A stretch of 39,178 bases of DNA from Deltaproteobacteria bacterium (GTDB taxonomy: Bacteria; Desulfobacterota; Desulfobaccia; Desulfobaccales; 0-14-0-80-60-11). Where the stretch lies: NCBI GenBank assembly GCA_016874945.1, contig VGSO01000001.1, positions 1 to 39,178 on the forward strand, read 5' to 3'. This document shows, one piece after another, positions 8,045 to 17,447 of this stretch. The position numbers and the translations under genes were made by a program. Below the pieces are notes generated by a model. It ran no database searches and had not been told where the DNA came from. It saw only the letters and a list, made by a program, of their open reading frames with translations. How positions within the stretch are numbered: position 1 is the first letter of the stretch; each line of letters starts with the position of its first letter.

Positions 8045-8392
8045 TTTATTTTCATCCTATTATTGTTTTTTATTATTAGTTTAAACATAGGGGCCCAGGA
8101 AGTCAAGTTTCCCAAGGCAACTTGTTTAAACTTTGGGCGATTAGGCCGAATAACGACGGAACTGCGAATGGTCAAATTCGGCTCCCCGGCAATATCCCAA
8201 GTTGAAGAGGATAAAGTGCGCCCCCTTAACCCGGCGGCGCTGAGGTTGACGATTATCAGTACCTAAAGGGCGGGACCGGCCAGGGGTCGCAACCACCTGA
8301 TGCATGGGGGCGCCTCCTGGAAGGGCCGATTTTAACCCAAACTGTGCCCCCAGGAATTGACCAAGCCAATTTCATTCGCATGTGGTGGAAAA

Positions 8393-9751
8393 TTAACGCC
8401 CCTTGGCCCAGACCAATACCCGGATAGTCTTCAATAATATTATTATATCCATTAACAGAGACTGATGCATCAGGTAAAAGAGATCATATTGCAATTTTTC
8501 CTTATGCCCCTCATTTGTTCCAGCATAATCATGATTAACTTGAGCCCAACCGGTTAAGCCGGGTTTGCCCAGGAACCGCAAACGATAGTAGGGAGTCTCA
8601 TTCTCCAGGATTTCCGCAAAATGCCGGCGGATAGGCCTGGGCCCGATAACGCTCATTTCCCCCTTAAGGACATTGATGAGTTGGGGCACTTCATCAATCC
8701 GGAGTTTGCGCAAAATCCTCCCCACCCGGGTGATGCGGGGGTCGTCCTTCAGGGCCCATTGCGGCCCGGTGAAGCTCTCGGCATTATCAATCATGGTGCG
8801 TAATTTAAAGAGCCGGAAAGGGACTTCGTTCTTCCCCAACCTCTCGTGAATGAAAAGGACCGGCCCTTTGCTATCCAGTTTGATGGCCAAGGCGGCGATC
8901 AAGAAAAGGGGCACTGCCACGGGCAAAAGGAGCAAGACGAAAAGCAGGTCAAGGGCCCTTTTCAGATTGGCGGCAGCAGTGGGAAAGAAAATCTCCTTTT
9001 GAGCATTGACCAAAAGCCAAAACTCGTCTGGAAAAGAGATGGGATACTTGCATGTCAGGTGTTGATAAAAATTGTAGGCGTCAATGGTATTCTTCTGGCC
9101 AAACTTTACGGTAATCAGATCATTCGTGATCTGCTTGAGAATTTTAGAATGAACCGAATAAACAATCATATCAGCATTAGTGTCTCGAATGAAATTATTA
9201 AGATTAGGTAAGTGGGGATTGCAACTGTGACTATGCCAATGACCAACTATTTCATAATACTGTGAATTATTATCTTTGATATATTGTATTATATCCTCAA
9301 TTATTTTCTCTTTGCCAATAAATAAGATGCGGTGCGGTTTGATTTTAATCAATTTATTAAATGAAGTATGCCAAATTAATGTTAACAGCCAGATCATTAA
9401 CATGCAAATGAGCAAGTTAAATTTTCCAAGACGTAAAATAATAATAAGATATGATAGGGAGCTGTAAAGTGTCATTACTAACACCATCCCCAGGCAACTG
9501 GAAAGTAATATAATTACAAAACTCTTTGGGTCCGACACCTCATATAAGTCCAAAATATAATATATAAAAACTGTAATAGCGGAAAGAACAAGGCTAACAA
9601 TGGTGAAGTTTGAATTATCCAATGGAATAAACATTTTGACAGACACCGCTAATAAAATAACCAGGAACAGGGAGCCGAGGATGATCACCACGTCCCCCAA
9701 CATTAGCAGGAGCCGAAGCCGCTGGTCTGGTTGTAGAATTATATTGCGCAT
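8393..9751 (-). CDS. Polyprenyl-phosphate glycosyl-1-phosphate transferase (WbaP/EpsL-type priming sugar transferase)
   Basis: 452-aa ORF. N-terminal TM segments precede a C-terminal bacterial sugar transferase domain (KRALDLLFVLLLLP...FRLFKLRTM...DPRITRVGRILRKLRIDEVPQLINVLKGEMSVIGPRP). Confidence 0.9.
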   Translation of the reverse strand: MRNIILQPDQRLRLLLMLGDVVIILGSLFLVILLAVSVKMFIPLDNSNFTIVSLVLSAITVFIYYILDLYEVSDPKSFVIILLSSCLGMVLVMTLYSSLSYLIIILRLGKFNLLICMLMIWLLTLIWHTSFNKLIKIKPHRILFIGKEKIIEDIIQYIKDNNSQYYEIVGHWHSHSCNPHLPNLNNFIRDTNADMIVYSVHSKILKQITNDLITVKFGQKNTIDAYNFYQHLTCKYPISFPDEFWLLVNAQKEIFFPTAAANLKRALDLLFVLLLLPVAVPLFLIAALAIKLDSKGPVLFIHERLGKNEVPFRLFKLRTMIDNAESFTGPQWALKDDPRITRVGRILRKLRIDEVPQLINVLKGEMSVIGPRPIRRHFAEILENETPYYRLRFLGKPGLTGWAQVNHDYAGTNEGHKEKLQYDLFYLMHQSLLMDIIILLKTIRVLVWAKGR

Positions 9752-9813
9752 AATGAGTTAGATTACCTTCTATTTTAATTCGAAATGGTTAGAAAGTTCA
9801 GCCGCTTTTACCC

Positions 9814-10054
9814 TTATCCATATGATGATAGACCGAATAGTACATCCCTGGTCACCACCGAAACCTCGGCAATGATGCTACCCCGGCCGATTACCACCCC
9901 GGGTAGGATGGCGGATTTGCCTCCAATCCATCGCTTGCCCCGAAAGATGGGAAAGGGAAAGCCGGATAGAAAACCGCGCACTACATTGCCGGTTTTCCCG
10001 GTATAATCCCTATGATGGTATTGAACCAAACCCATAACCCCTGGCCGATATTCG
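9814..10054 (-). pseudogene. 5'-truncated, frameshifted remnant of a hexapeptide-repeat (LbH) O-acetyltransferase
   Basis: The 73-aa ORF carries only the C-terminal half (GKRWIGGKSAILPGVVIGRGSIIAEVSVVTRDV). LbH-like sequence continues upstream in another frame (NIGQGLWVWFNTII) until it meets the GT4 stop. The expected C-terminal PYSV..G.PAK-like tail appears in a shifted frame (YYSVYHH). Confidence 0.6.
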
Positions 10055-11320
10055 TCAAATTAATCTTAATATTTCCTTCTCATGGCTTAATTCCCATGAT
10101 CCGACAAACTCCGGGAAGTGATTCCCTAATATGAGATCCTGATAGAAATCGGTCAAGTTCTTCCTCCAGCGGGCAGGAGAAAATGTTTCCACGAGCTTTT
10201 TCCGAAAAGCCGGCGAAGACTGCTTGTGCCCGGCCATCACCTGGGTGATGGCCTGCTCCAGCCCCCGGCTTAACCCGGCAATATCCCCCAAAGGAGTAAT
10301 AATGGCCGTAGCGGAGAAAAACTCCGATATTGCCGGGATGTTGAAAGCCACTACCGGCAATTCCATGAGCACCGCTTCCGTCACGTTCAGGGGGCTTCCC
10401 TCAAAAAGGGAGGGAGAAACATAGACATCGAACATCTGATAATATTGAACTACCTGACTTTGATGGCCCGCAAAAATGACCTTGCCCGACACCCCGGACT
10501 CTTGCACCAGCGCCTGCAACTCACCAAAAAACTTCTTTTCCTCGGGCCAGATAGCTCCTCCAATGAGAAAGAGTTTTGCCTGGGGGCGCCGGTCCAAGAG
10601 CAACCGCAGGGCCCGGATGGCCAGATCGTGTCCCTTGGACGGAACCATGCGGGCCACATAGCCGATTACCAATTCCTGGGGGCTCAGGCCCCAGACGGCG
10701 CGCTTCTGGTCGCGTTCCCGGGGGGACAGTTTGGGCGCGGTTAAGAAGGAAGAAAAATCTACCCCGGTATGAATTACGGTTTTAGAGGCCCTGGGGCCGA
10801 TTCTCATTGCCTCGAAGGTCTCCAGGAGATGTTTGGCATAAAAGATGTAGTGGGTGGTAAAGTGGCCAGCCCAGCGATCCAAGGCGAGATAGAGCCTCCT
10901 GAGAGGCCGCGCATGGGTTGGCGGGTACCCATAACCGGGGACGTCGTGGACCACCACCGGCACCCGAGCCAGTCCCGCGGCGATCCGTCCCAGCACCCCG
11001 GCTTTCGCCAGATGGGTCTGGACCACCTGATAGCGGCGCTTCCGGAAAAGCCGGTAAAGGCCGATCAGGGCTTGGAAGTCTTGCCGAGGAGAGACATACT
11101 TGGTCAAATAAGGCAGGCGGTGATAAACGACTCCGGCGAGAGGCGGGGAGACCAACCCCGGGTCGTTTAACCCCCATCCGGTGACCACGTCCACCTCGAA
11201 CCCCAGATCTTGACAGATCTGGGCCTGTAACCTAGTTCTTAAACCAGAGGCAAACTGGTCCTGCGGGGTGGTAATTACGTGGCAGATGCGGGCAGGAACC
11301 GGCCGAGCAGTCTTAGCCAT
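10055..11320 (-). CDS. Glycosyltransferase, GT4 family (GT-B fold)
   Basis: The C-terminal GT4 signature is present (SPSLFEGSPLNVTEAVLMELPVVA). ATG at 11320 is preceded by GGAGG, and the 11332 start in the track is GTG. There is an 8-nt overlap (ATGGCTAA) with the upstream gene's stop. Confidence 0.85.
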   Translation of the reverse strand: MAKTARPVPARICHVITTPQDQFASGLRTRLQAQICQDLGFEVDVVTGWGLNDPGLVSPPLAGVVYHRLPYLTKYVSPRQDFQALIGLYRLFRKRRYQVVQTHLAKAGVLGRIAAGLARVPVVVHDVPGYGYPPTHARPLRRLYLALDRWAGHFTTHYIFYAKHLLETFEAMRIGPRASKTVIHTGVDFSSFLTAPKLSPRERDQKRAVWGLSPQELVIGYVARMVPSKGHDLAIRALRLLLDRRPQAKLFLIGGAIWPEEKKFFGELQALVQESGVSGKVIFAGHQSQVVQYYQMFDVYVSPSLFEGSPLNVTEAVLMELPVVAFNIPAISEFFSATAIITPLGDIAGLSRGLEQAITQVMAGHKQSSPAFRKKLVETFSPARWRKNLTDFYQDLILGNHFPEFVGSWELSHEKEILRLI

Positions 11321-12917
11321 GCCGACCTCCACCGGCTCGATCCAGCATTTCCCCGATCTGCAGGCGTAAATCTTCCAGCTGTGGCCAAGTCACCCTAGGA
11401 TTTTTTTCTCTCAGATCAGGAACTGATGACGTAATTTTCTCCTGAAGTCGTTTGTATGCCGCTTGGTCCACCAGCCCCTTGCTGGCCGCCTCTTGGAGAA
11501 GAACGAGATATTGAAAGTCTTCCCAGCCCCGGCGCAGCGTCTCCAGGCGCAGGGAGGGAAGAGGCCGGCCGGTTTGGGGATCGGGGTAGAGGAAGGTTCC
11601 GCGCCGGAAAAAATCGCCGCCCCGACGGCCGGCGCTGGGGGGATTAGTCCAGGGATCAAGGGGCCAATAATTCACCGACCACAATAAATACCCCGAAAAC
11701 CCGTACTGGTAAAGGTACCAGCCAATAACGCGCTGATACGTGGGGGGCTGGTGAGGGGCGTGCAACATATTGGCGTAGAGCCAGATCTCCTGGCCCTGGC
11801 GCCGGGCGGCGGCCACCTTGTCCGGTTCGTAATGGGCATTATAGACCGCCCAGATGTCCACCACCCGGGCCAGATCGGGGGACGGCGATTTCCCGGCCGA
11901 TTCGGTGCGCAACCCCGGCGCCGCGGCCTTAATTAAACCATAAGCCTTCACCACCTGGGGATAAGCCAGGGGATCCGGTTCATCCCATACTTTCACCAGC
12001 GCTTTGTTCACCCAACCTTTAGACTGTAGGTAGCGGTAAAATGATGGGTAAAATTTTCCCACCTGTTGCTGAAAAGCATTCCCTCTTTGCTCCAGGTTCG
12101 GGGCTCCGGGAAGGGGGGGCAGGCGGAAGTGTCGGAACCCCAGTTGCACCACCATATCTAAGAACCTTAGATACTGGGGGAAATCAGTGAGCGGTTGGCC
12201 TTGGGCCACTTTGGCCGCCGGAAAGGGGTAAAACCCGGCGATGGCATTGATTTTATACTGCCGCAACAGGCTTAAATAAGCGGGCGCCAGCCGTTCCCAA
12301 GCGTCCAGAGACCCGACTCCATACCGCTTGAACCACTCCTGCCGGGGCCACAAATTGGCCATGATGGATATGGGCAAATCGGCGGGCAAGGTGAAATCCC
12401 AGACTCTCATTTCCAGGCGCTGGCGGCACCAGCGCCGGCCGTGGCGGAAAATCAGGTCGTAGTGGTGCGACCCCGCCGGATGACCGGGACGGAGGGTGAT
12501 TTTTACCATCAACCGGACCGGCGGTTCGGGATACACCAGAGGGCTCCCCAGGGGCACCAGGCCGTCCCAAAAGTAACGGCGAGGCAGATTCGTCGGAATA
12601 GGCCGCACCTGCAAAACCTGCCAATCAGGCAGGGGGGCGCCCTTCTGGCCAGTTAATTTCACCTCCAGGTTCGTAGCCGGAGTCCCGGACAACTCAAAGA
12701 ACAGCAAAAGAGTTTCATTCCTGGCTCCCTGAAGTTGAAGCACCGGGGGCTGGCCGCCTTGCGCCTGCAATGCCAGGGAGTGGATAGGATAGCCCTGCTG
12801 CTGCCAGCCCGGCATGGGGGCCGCGTCCAGGGGCAATCCCCCCAGGCTGGTCAAGCTGATCACGATCAGACCGGCTATGCCCCAACACCTCGACTTGGCC
12901 AGGTTGCAATTGTTCAT
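11313..12917 (-). CDS. Secreted/anchored DUF4091-like (GH123-like) protein; assignment tentative
   Basis: ATG at 12917 (MNNCNLAKSRCWGIAGLIVISL...) has GGAGG 8 nt upstream. The 92-codon N-terminal extension in the track starts at TTG and overlaps the previous gene. Motifs KVWDEPDP and GYLLWSVNYW recall DUF4091. Confidence 0.7.
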   Translation of the reverse strand: MNNCNLAKSRCWGIAGLIVISLTSLGGLPLDAAPMPGWQQQGYPIHSLALQAQGGQPPVLQLQGARNETLLLFFELSGTPATNLEVKLTGQKGAPLPDWQVLQVRPIPTNLPRRYFWDGLVPLGSPLVYPEPPVRLMVKITLRPGHPAGSHHYDLIFRHGRRWCRQRLEMRVWDFTLPADLPISIMANLWPRQEWFKRYGVGSLDAWERLAPAYLSLLRQYKINAIAGFYPFPAAKVAQGQPLTDFPQYLRFLDMVVQLGFRHFRLPPLPGAPNLEQRGNAFQQQVGKFYPSFYRYLQSKGWVNKALVKVWDEPDPLAYPQVVKAYGLIKAAAPGLRTESAGKSPSPDLARVVDIWAVYNAHYEPDKVAAARRQGQEIWLYANMLHAPHQPPTYQRVIGWYLYQYGFSGYLLWSVNYWPLDPWTNPPSAGRRGGDFFRRGTFLYPDPQTGRPLPSLRLETLRRGWEDFQYLVLLQEAASKGLVDQAAYKRLQEKITSSVPDLREKNPRVTWPQLEDLRLQIGEMLDRAGGGRHG

Positions 12918-12942
12918 CCCATGACCTCCATGAACAAATTGC

Positions 12943-14313
12943 TTAAAGCCGCCGGGCAGGAGCGACCCTGCCGGATCCGGCGGCACTGGGACCACTATTC
13001 CTTGAGGCCAGGGGGCGGCCGACCCCGGGAGCCCAGAGGGGTTTGCGGACTGCAATCCGGCCCCGCCGCTTTTCCCACCACAGGACCAGCCGGTGGGCTG
13101 CCAAGGGAAGGATGAAAATCGTAAAGGGCAACCGGTGCCGCATAGCATTGGAAATGTTGGCTTGCAACAGCGACGCCCCGGCGATGCCAATGGCCAGGTA
13201 AGAAAACAATATCAAAGCCCACTTGCGGTTGCCCTGCCATAGAGTTCTGGCGTCGAAGATCGCCAGGAGATAGATAAACCACAGAGCCCCTGAATCCAGT
13301 AAGCATACGAGGAGCTTGGCGTTAAACACATGCCAGGGCAACGGCACAGTCATAAAGTAGAAGGACATTTTGGGTATGCTGTTGATAATATCCACGAAAG
13401 AGTTGAATTTTACCGGCTCGGCGTAAGAGAAAGAGATTTCGGAGCTGAATTCCTCCCTGGCCTCCATCCGCTCCAATTGGGCATACTTGAAACCTTCCAA
13501 AAGGGTATTCTGCAGGATCTCGGGCCTATAGTTGATCAAGAGGAACATTCCCAGGGTGATGGAGGAGGCCACGGTTAATAAGCCCTTCAGGCCGATCCTC
13601 CGGAAGAAAATAAAACTAAGGCCATAAATCGCCACGACCAGCATGAGCAGGGCCGCGAATTGGGCTCGCAAGAAGAGCAAAAAGAGGATCAACAGACCCA
13701 TGGAAATGACATTTTTCCAAGCAAAATGCCGCTGTTGCTTTTGCCACAAGCGGAAGAACGTAACAATGGTTAATAAACATAATGTTTCACGTAATAGTCT
13801 GGTAGAAAGATAAATATAAAAAGGGGAGATCGCAAGCATAAAAGTAGTATATAAGGCAGTTCTTTTATTGTAGATAAACTCTGTAAAGTAATATAATTGG
13901 TAAAGCGTCAGTGCTCCACAGAGAGCGCTGAATAATTCTCCTGCAATCATGGAATTATAGAAAACAATATAAATTATTGTTAGAAGTATAATATAAGGAG
14001 GATTATGATATGCTTTACGCTCCAAAGGAAGATAAGAAAATATATTTATTGGGTCTGATTTAATATTGTTTGCTACTTTAACAGCAACAAGATTAAAATT
14101 ATAAGAGTCGAATTGTGAACGATAAGGATCTTTTACAAAAAGATTGATTGAAAAGATAAGAATAGAAACTATTATAAAATAAGCTAGAATTATTTTTGAC
14201 AAAGTTGATTTTTTGCGGCAGAAAAATACCAGTATGAAAACCATTATGATGGAAAAGAAAGCCAGTCCGCATAAGAAGGCCGGGTCAAGCAATTTGTATA
14301 TTATTTTCATCAT
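12943..14313 (-). CDS. Polytopic membrane protein, Wzy-type polymerase or GT-C-like glycosyltransferase candidate
   Basis: 456-aa ORF with about 10 or more hydrophobic segments. Its position in a Wzx/Wzc locus fits this role. The start overlaps the upstream stop (TAATG). The 5' third is about 25-30% GC and the 3' part about 55-60%. Confidence 0.72.
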   Translation of the reverse strand: MMKIIYKLLDPAFLCGLAFFSIIMVFILVFFCRKKSTLSKIILAYFIIVSILIFSINLFVKDPYRSQFDSYNFNLVAVKVANNIKSDPINIFSYLPLERKAYHNPPYIILLTIIYIVFYNSMIAGELFSALCGALTLYQLYYFTEFIYNKRTALYTTFMLAISPFYIYLSTRLLRETLCLLTIVTFFRLWQKQQRHFAWKNVISMGLLILFLLFLRAQFAALLMLVVAIYGLSFIFFRRIGLKGLLTVASSITLGMFLLINYRPEILQNTLLEGFKYAQLERMEAREEFSSEISFSYAEPVKFNSFVDIINSIPKMSFYFMTVPLPWHVFNAKLLVCLLDSGALWFIYLLAIFDARTLWQGNRKWALILFSYLAIGIAGASLLQANISNAMRHRLPFTIFILPLAAHRLVLWWEKRRGRIAVRKPLWAPGVGRPLASRNSGPSAAGSGRVAPARRL

Positions 14314-15104
14314 TACTCAGCTATCTCCAGTTTGGGGAAAAATCCCATCTTACGCAGGGCAACATACATCACATAAGAAGGGGGATACATCAGCAATTTG
14401 GCCAGAAACTGATGGTTCAGACCGCGGCGCCGGATAACCCGGGGCAAGGCCCGGTCTTTGACGGCCTGGATATCCAGGTGAAAAGCCGGCCGGTGGCGCA
14501 GCCGCCAATAACCGGGATGGGGGTATAAAGGGGGCAGCGGGGCAGAAGGATGGCCCCAGGCCTCCAGGACGATTTGTCCGGAAAAAGGCTCCAGGAGTTG
14601 GCGGATGGACTCTCTTTCCCCCAAGAAGAAGGGGCGCGCCCCATGGAAGTGGATAGGCACATTCAAGAGGACCCGCCCTCCGGGTTTGACCACCCGGAAA
14701 CATTGGTAGAGCCCCCAGGACAGGGAACAACCGTATTCCGGCCAGTGCTCCATGCTTTGACTGCCCACCACCAGGTCAAAAGAGTCATCCGGAAAGGTGA
14801 GGTTGGCCAGGTTTTCCAGGCGCGTGGCAATGGTGGGGCGGCCAAAGGAGGCGGCCGCGGTATCGATTCCTTCATAGTGGGCCCCCAACTCCTGGCAATG
14901 GCGCCTGAGTCGCTCCCAGGAGCCGCAGCCCACCTCCAGGACCCGCATGCCGGGGCGGAGGTATTCCAGATATCCCTCCACTATGGGAATGAAACAGGCC
15001 CCCAGGGGGGGCGGCGCCAGGGGCCGGCCCAAACTGCTTCTGGCCAGTGGATGCGCAGCACAGGCTTGATCCTGCAAATACCGGCATTGTTTGCATGCAG
15101 CCAT
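14313..15104 (-). CDS. Class I SAM-dependent methyltransferase
   Basis: SAM motif I is present in VLEVGCGSW. ATG at 15104 (MAACKQCRY) lies 10 nt after the upstream stop. The longer 15185 start is TTG and would overlap the upstream gene by 71 nt. Confidence 0.8.
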   Translation of the reverse strand: MAACKQCRYLQDQACAAHPLARSSLGRPLAPPPLGACFIPIVEGYLEYLRPGMRVLEVGCGSWERLRRHCQELGAHYEGIDTAAASFGRPTIATRLENLANLTFPDDSFDLVVGSQSMEHWPEYGCSLSWGLYQCFRVVKPGGRVLLNVPIHFHGARPFFLGERESIRQLLEPFSGQIVLEAWGHPSAPLPPLYPHPGYWRLRHRPAFHLDIQAVKDRALPRVIRRRGLNHQFLAKLLMYPPSYVMYVALRKMGFFPKLEIAE

Positions 15105-15114
15105 GATTATCCGC

Positions 15115-16332
15115 TCAGGCCCCCACTGCCGTAACCAGTTGGCGATGCAACGCCTCCAGCCTGGCAACGTTGGTGCGAATATCAAAGAAGGTGTTTTCTA
15201 TCTGCGCCAGGGCCTCCCGGGGAGACAGGGTGGGCGGGGAGTCTTTAATCGCCAACAAGGCGCCCGCCCAGGCGGCGGCTGACGTCTCCAGGGACAAACG
15301 CTGCACCAGAGTGGGGATCACCACCGCTTCCTCGGCGATGTCCTCGTTCACCATGCAGGGCAATCCGGCGCCCTGGGCCTCGATCATGACCAGGGGCATG
15401 CCCTCGAAAAAAGAGGGAAAGAGAAAGGCATCCATGGCCCCCTGCATCAGCCGGGGCACGTCCCGGCGCACTCCGGTAAAAATAAAGTTCCGGGTCAGTC
15501 CGGCCTGCTCCACTTTCTCCTGGATGGCCGGTTTGAGGGGGCCATCCCCTATCAATAGAAAATACGCCTGGGGTTCCCGGTTGACCACCTCCCGGGCGAT
15601 TTCCACCAGAAAGGCATGATTCTTCTGGGCGAAAAATCTACCCACATGGCCGATGACCCAGGCAGGAGCCGGAATGCCCAGATCCCGCCGCACCTCCTGC
15701 CGGTCCACCGGGGCGGTAAAAGGCGCCAAGTCAATGCTGCAAGGGAAAAACCGCCAGCGGGGATCGGACTGCCAGTTGTCGCCGAAAATCCCCACCGCGG
15801 CGACACGGCTCACCGCCAGGCCATGGGTGGCGTATTTCCGGATCAGATGTCGGGATAGAGCCAGGGAAAAACGTCGCCGCCAATTAACCTTGGTTTTGAG
15901 GATGGTTTCATCAATATGGCAATGAAAAATGCGGCCTGGGACTCCTGCCCACCGTGCTAAAAACAGAATAAAACCGCTGAGGGGCAAATGGCTGTGGATA
16001 ATCTGGTAAGGGCCGTGTTCCCGCAGGAGGCGGAAGAATCTGGCCGCAAAAACCGGAGGGGAGGAAGGATAAGGGACCACAAAAATATTGGCGCCCAGGG
16101 CCTGGGCCTCTCGGTCATAGAGCCCCGCTTCCCGGACCAGGAGATCTATCTGCATCTGCTTCCGGTCCATATGACGCAGCACTTGTATGAGCCAGTTCTC
16201 CAAGCCGCCGGCTCCCATCCTCCCCAAGACGTGCAGTATCTTCACGGTCTTTGGTCCGCGGGAGGCATTAAGGGGACGTTCCCCTTGATTGGTCTGATGG
16301 GTAAGCTTTTTCCCCAACTTCATCCTCCGCAC
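15115..16332 (-). CDS. Glycosyltransferase, GT4 family
   Basis: VKILHVLGRMGAGGLENW lies at the N-terminus and FPSFFEGMPLVMIEAQGAGLPCMV is the EX7E region. The start is uncertain between GTG at 16332, one nt after the upstream stop, and ATG at 16323. Confidence 0.85.
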   Translation of the reverse strand: MRRMKLGKKLTHQTNQGERPLNASRGPKTVKILHVLGRMGAGGLENWLIQVLRHMDRKQMQIDLLVREAGLYDREAQALGANIFVVPYPSSPPVFAARFFRLLREHGPYQIIHSHLPLSGFILFLARWAGVPGRIFHCHIDETILKTKVNWRRRFSLALSRHLIRKYATHGLAVSRVAAVGIFGDNWQSDPRWRFFPCSIDLAPFTAPVDRQEVRRDLGIPAPAWVIGHVGRFFAQKNHAFLVEIAREVVNREPQAYFLLIGDGPLKPAIQEKVEQAGLTRNFIFTGVRRDVPRLMQGAMDAFLFPSFFEGMPLVMIEAQGAGLPCMVNEDIAEEAVVIPTLVQRLSLETSAAAWAGALLAIKDSPPTLSPREALAQIENTFFDIRTNVARLEALHRQLVTAVGA

Positions 16333-16333
16333 T

Positions 16334-17086
16334 TCAACGCCTGGCGTTATCTTTATGGAAGTTCCCCCGATTGAAACCCACCCCGATGATATTCGTGTGG
16401 AAGTGGCGTTCTAGCCGCTTCCCGCAGAAGAGGTAAAGGACGCGGTGAAAGAAGGTCACGGCTCCGAGGTGGATGCGGCGCACCAAGGCATGGTGCCTCA
16501 AGGGGATGATCCGGCAATCCGCCAGACCCCCCGTCTCGAGCAGTTGGATGAGGGAAAAGCTCGTAAAGGAACGCTTGTGGGTGAAGTCCATGTACCGGCT
16601 GTGGGACGCGATGATATTGGCGGCATTGGGCGCCCGGCAGATGAAGAACCCCCCGGGAATCAACGCCTGGCGGGCCGCGGTGACCCAATCGACGCAGATC
16701 TCGTCGGTGGGCAAGTGTTCCAGGACGTCATGACAGAAAATGGCAGAGAAGCCGGCAGGATGGTTCCGGAGGTGGGACAGGCCGTCATCGAGCACGATTT
16801 CTGCCTCTGGGAGGAACTGGCGGGCCGCAGCCACCATACTGGGAGACCGGTCTACCCCCACAGCAATGAGGCCCGGTTTTCGGGAGAGCCAGCAGAGAAG
16901 ATGGCCGGTGCCGCAGCCCAGGTCCAAGACCCGGCTCCCCGGGGCCAAGTGGTTTATATAAGGGCCGTAAGTGGCATCAAGGTTCCGTGCTGATGCATCC
17001 AACATGAGGCGCGGATCTACCTTATAATTTACCCGGTTATAATGGCTAAGGTAGGTTTCAGCAAACAGATCCTCATATTTGCTCAT
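16334..17086 (-). CDS. Class I SAM-dependent methyltransferase
   Basis: SAM motif I is present in VLDLGCGTGHL. A strong SD AAGGAGA lies 5 nt upstream of the ATG. Confidence 0.85.
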   Translation of the reverse strand: MSKYEDLFAETYLSHYNRVNYKVDPRLMLDASARNLDATYGPYINHLAPGSRVLDLGCGTGHLLCWLSRKPGLIAVGVDRSPSMVAAARQFLPEAEIVLDDGLSHLRNHPAGFSAIFCHDVLEHLPTDEICVDWVTAARQALIPGGFFICRAPNAANIIASHSRYMDFTHKRSFTSFSLIQLLETGGLADCRIIPLRHHALVRRIHLGAVTFFHRVLYLFCGKRLERHFHTNIIGVGFNRGNFHKDNARR

Positions 17087-17447
17087 GGGGTCTCCTTGGT
17101 GCTTGACTTTAAGGAACGACGGGCCCAGGGAAAGTCATCTGGCCAGGATCAGGACACTCTTGATCCCGGCGGCTCCTTTCAAACAAAGCGCAGTAATCTA
17201 AAATCAAAGCCATCGCAGGCCCCAGCCCCACAAATCACCTAAAAAGCCAATGGCAGCGCAATTCGGGAATCATTAGCCAATGACTCTCGCCCCCATGAGC
17301 AAACCAGGATGTCTTGCAGCTCAGTATACCCAGGTCAGGGGAACCGGGCCAGAGTCTGTCCCTATTCGCCCCGCGCCCCTGCCATCCCGCTCCCCCCGCG
17401 CTAGATATTGTCTTACTAGGTTTACTTAGGTTCGAATCTTGACCTCA

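Noticed and set aside
7061-9751. The low-GC segment considered as a mobile element or genomic island.
   Set aside because: No integrase, transposase, tRNA target or flanking inverted or direct repeats are visible. The genes are functionally integrated into the EPS operon. It is treated as cassette mosaicism instead.
12918-13190. A 92-codon N-terminal extension of the DUF4091-like ORF (track start 13190).
   Set aside because: The track start is TTG, the extension overlaps the 3' end of the upstream membrane-protein gene, and its sequence is Pro/Gly/Cys-rich. The ATG at 12917 has a GGAGG SD and opens a signal peptide.
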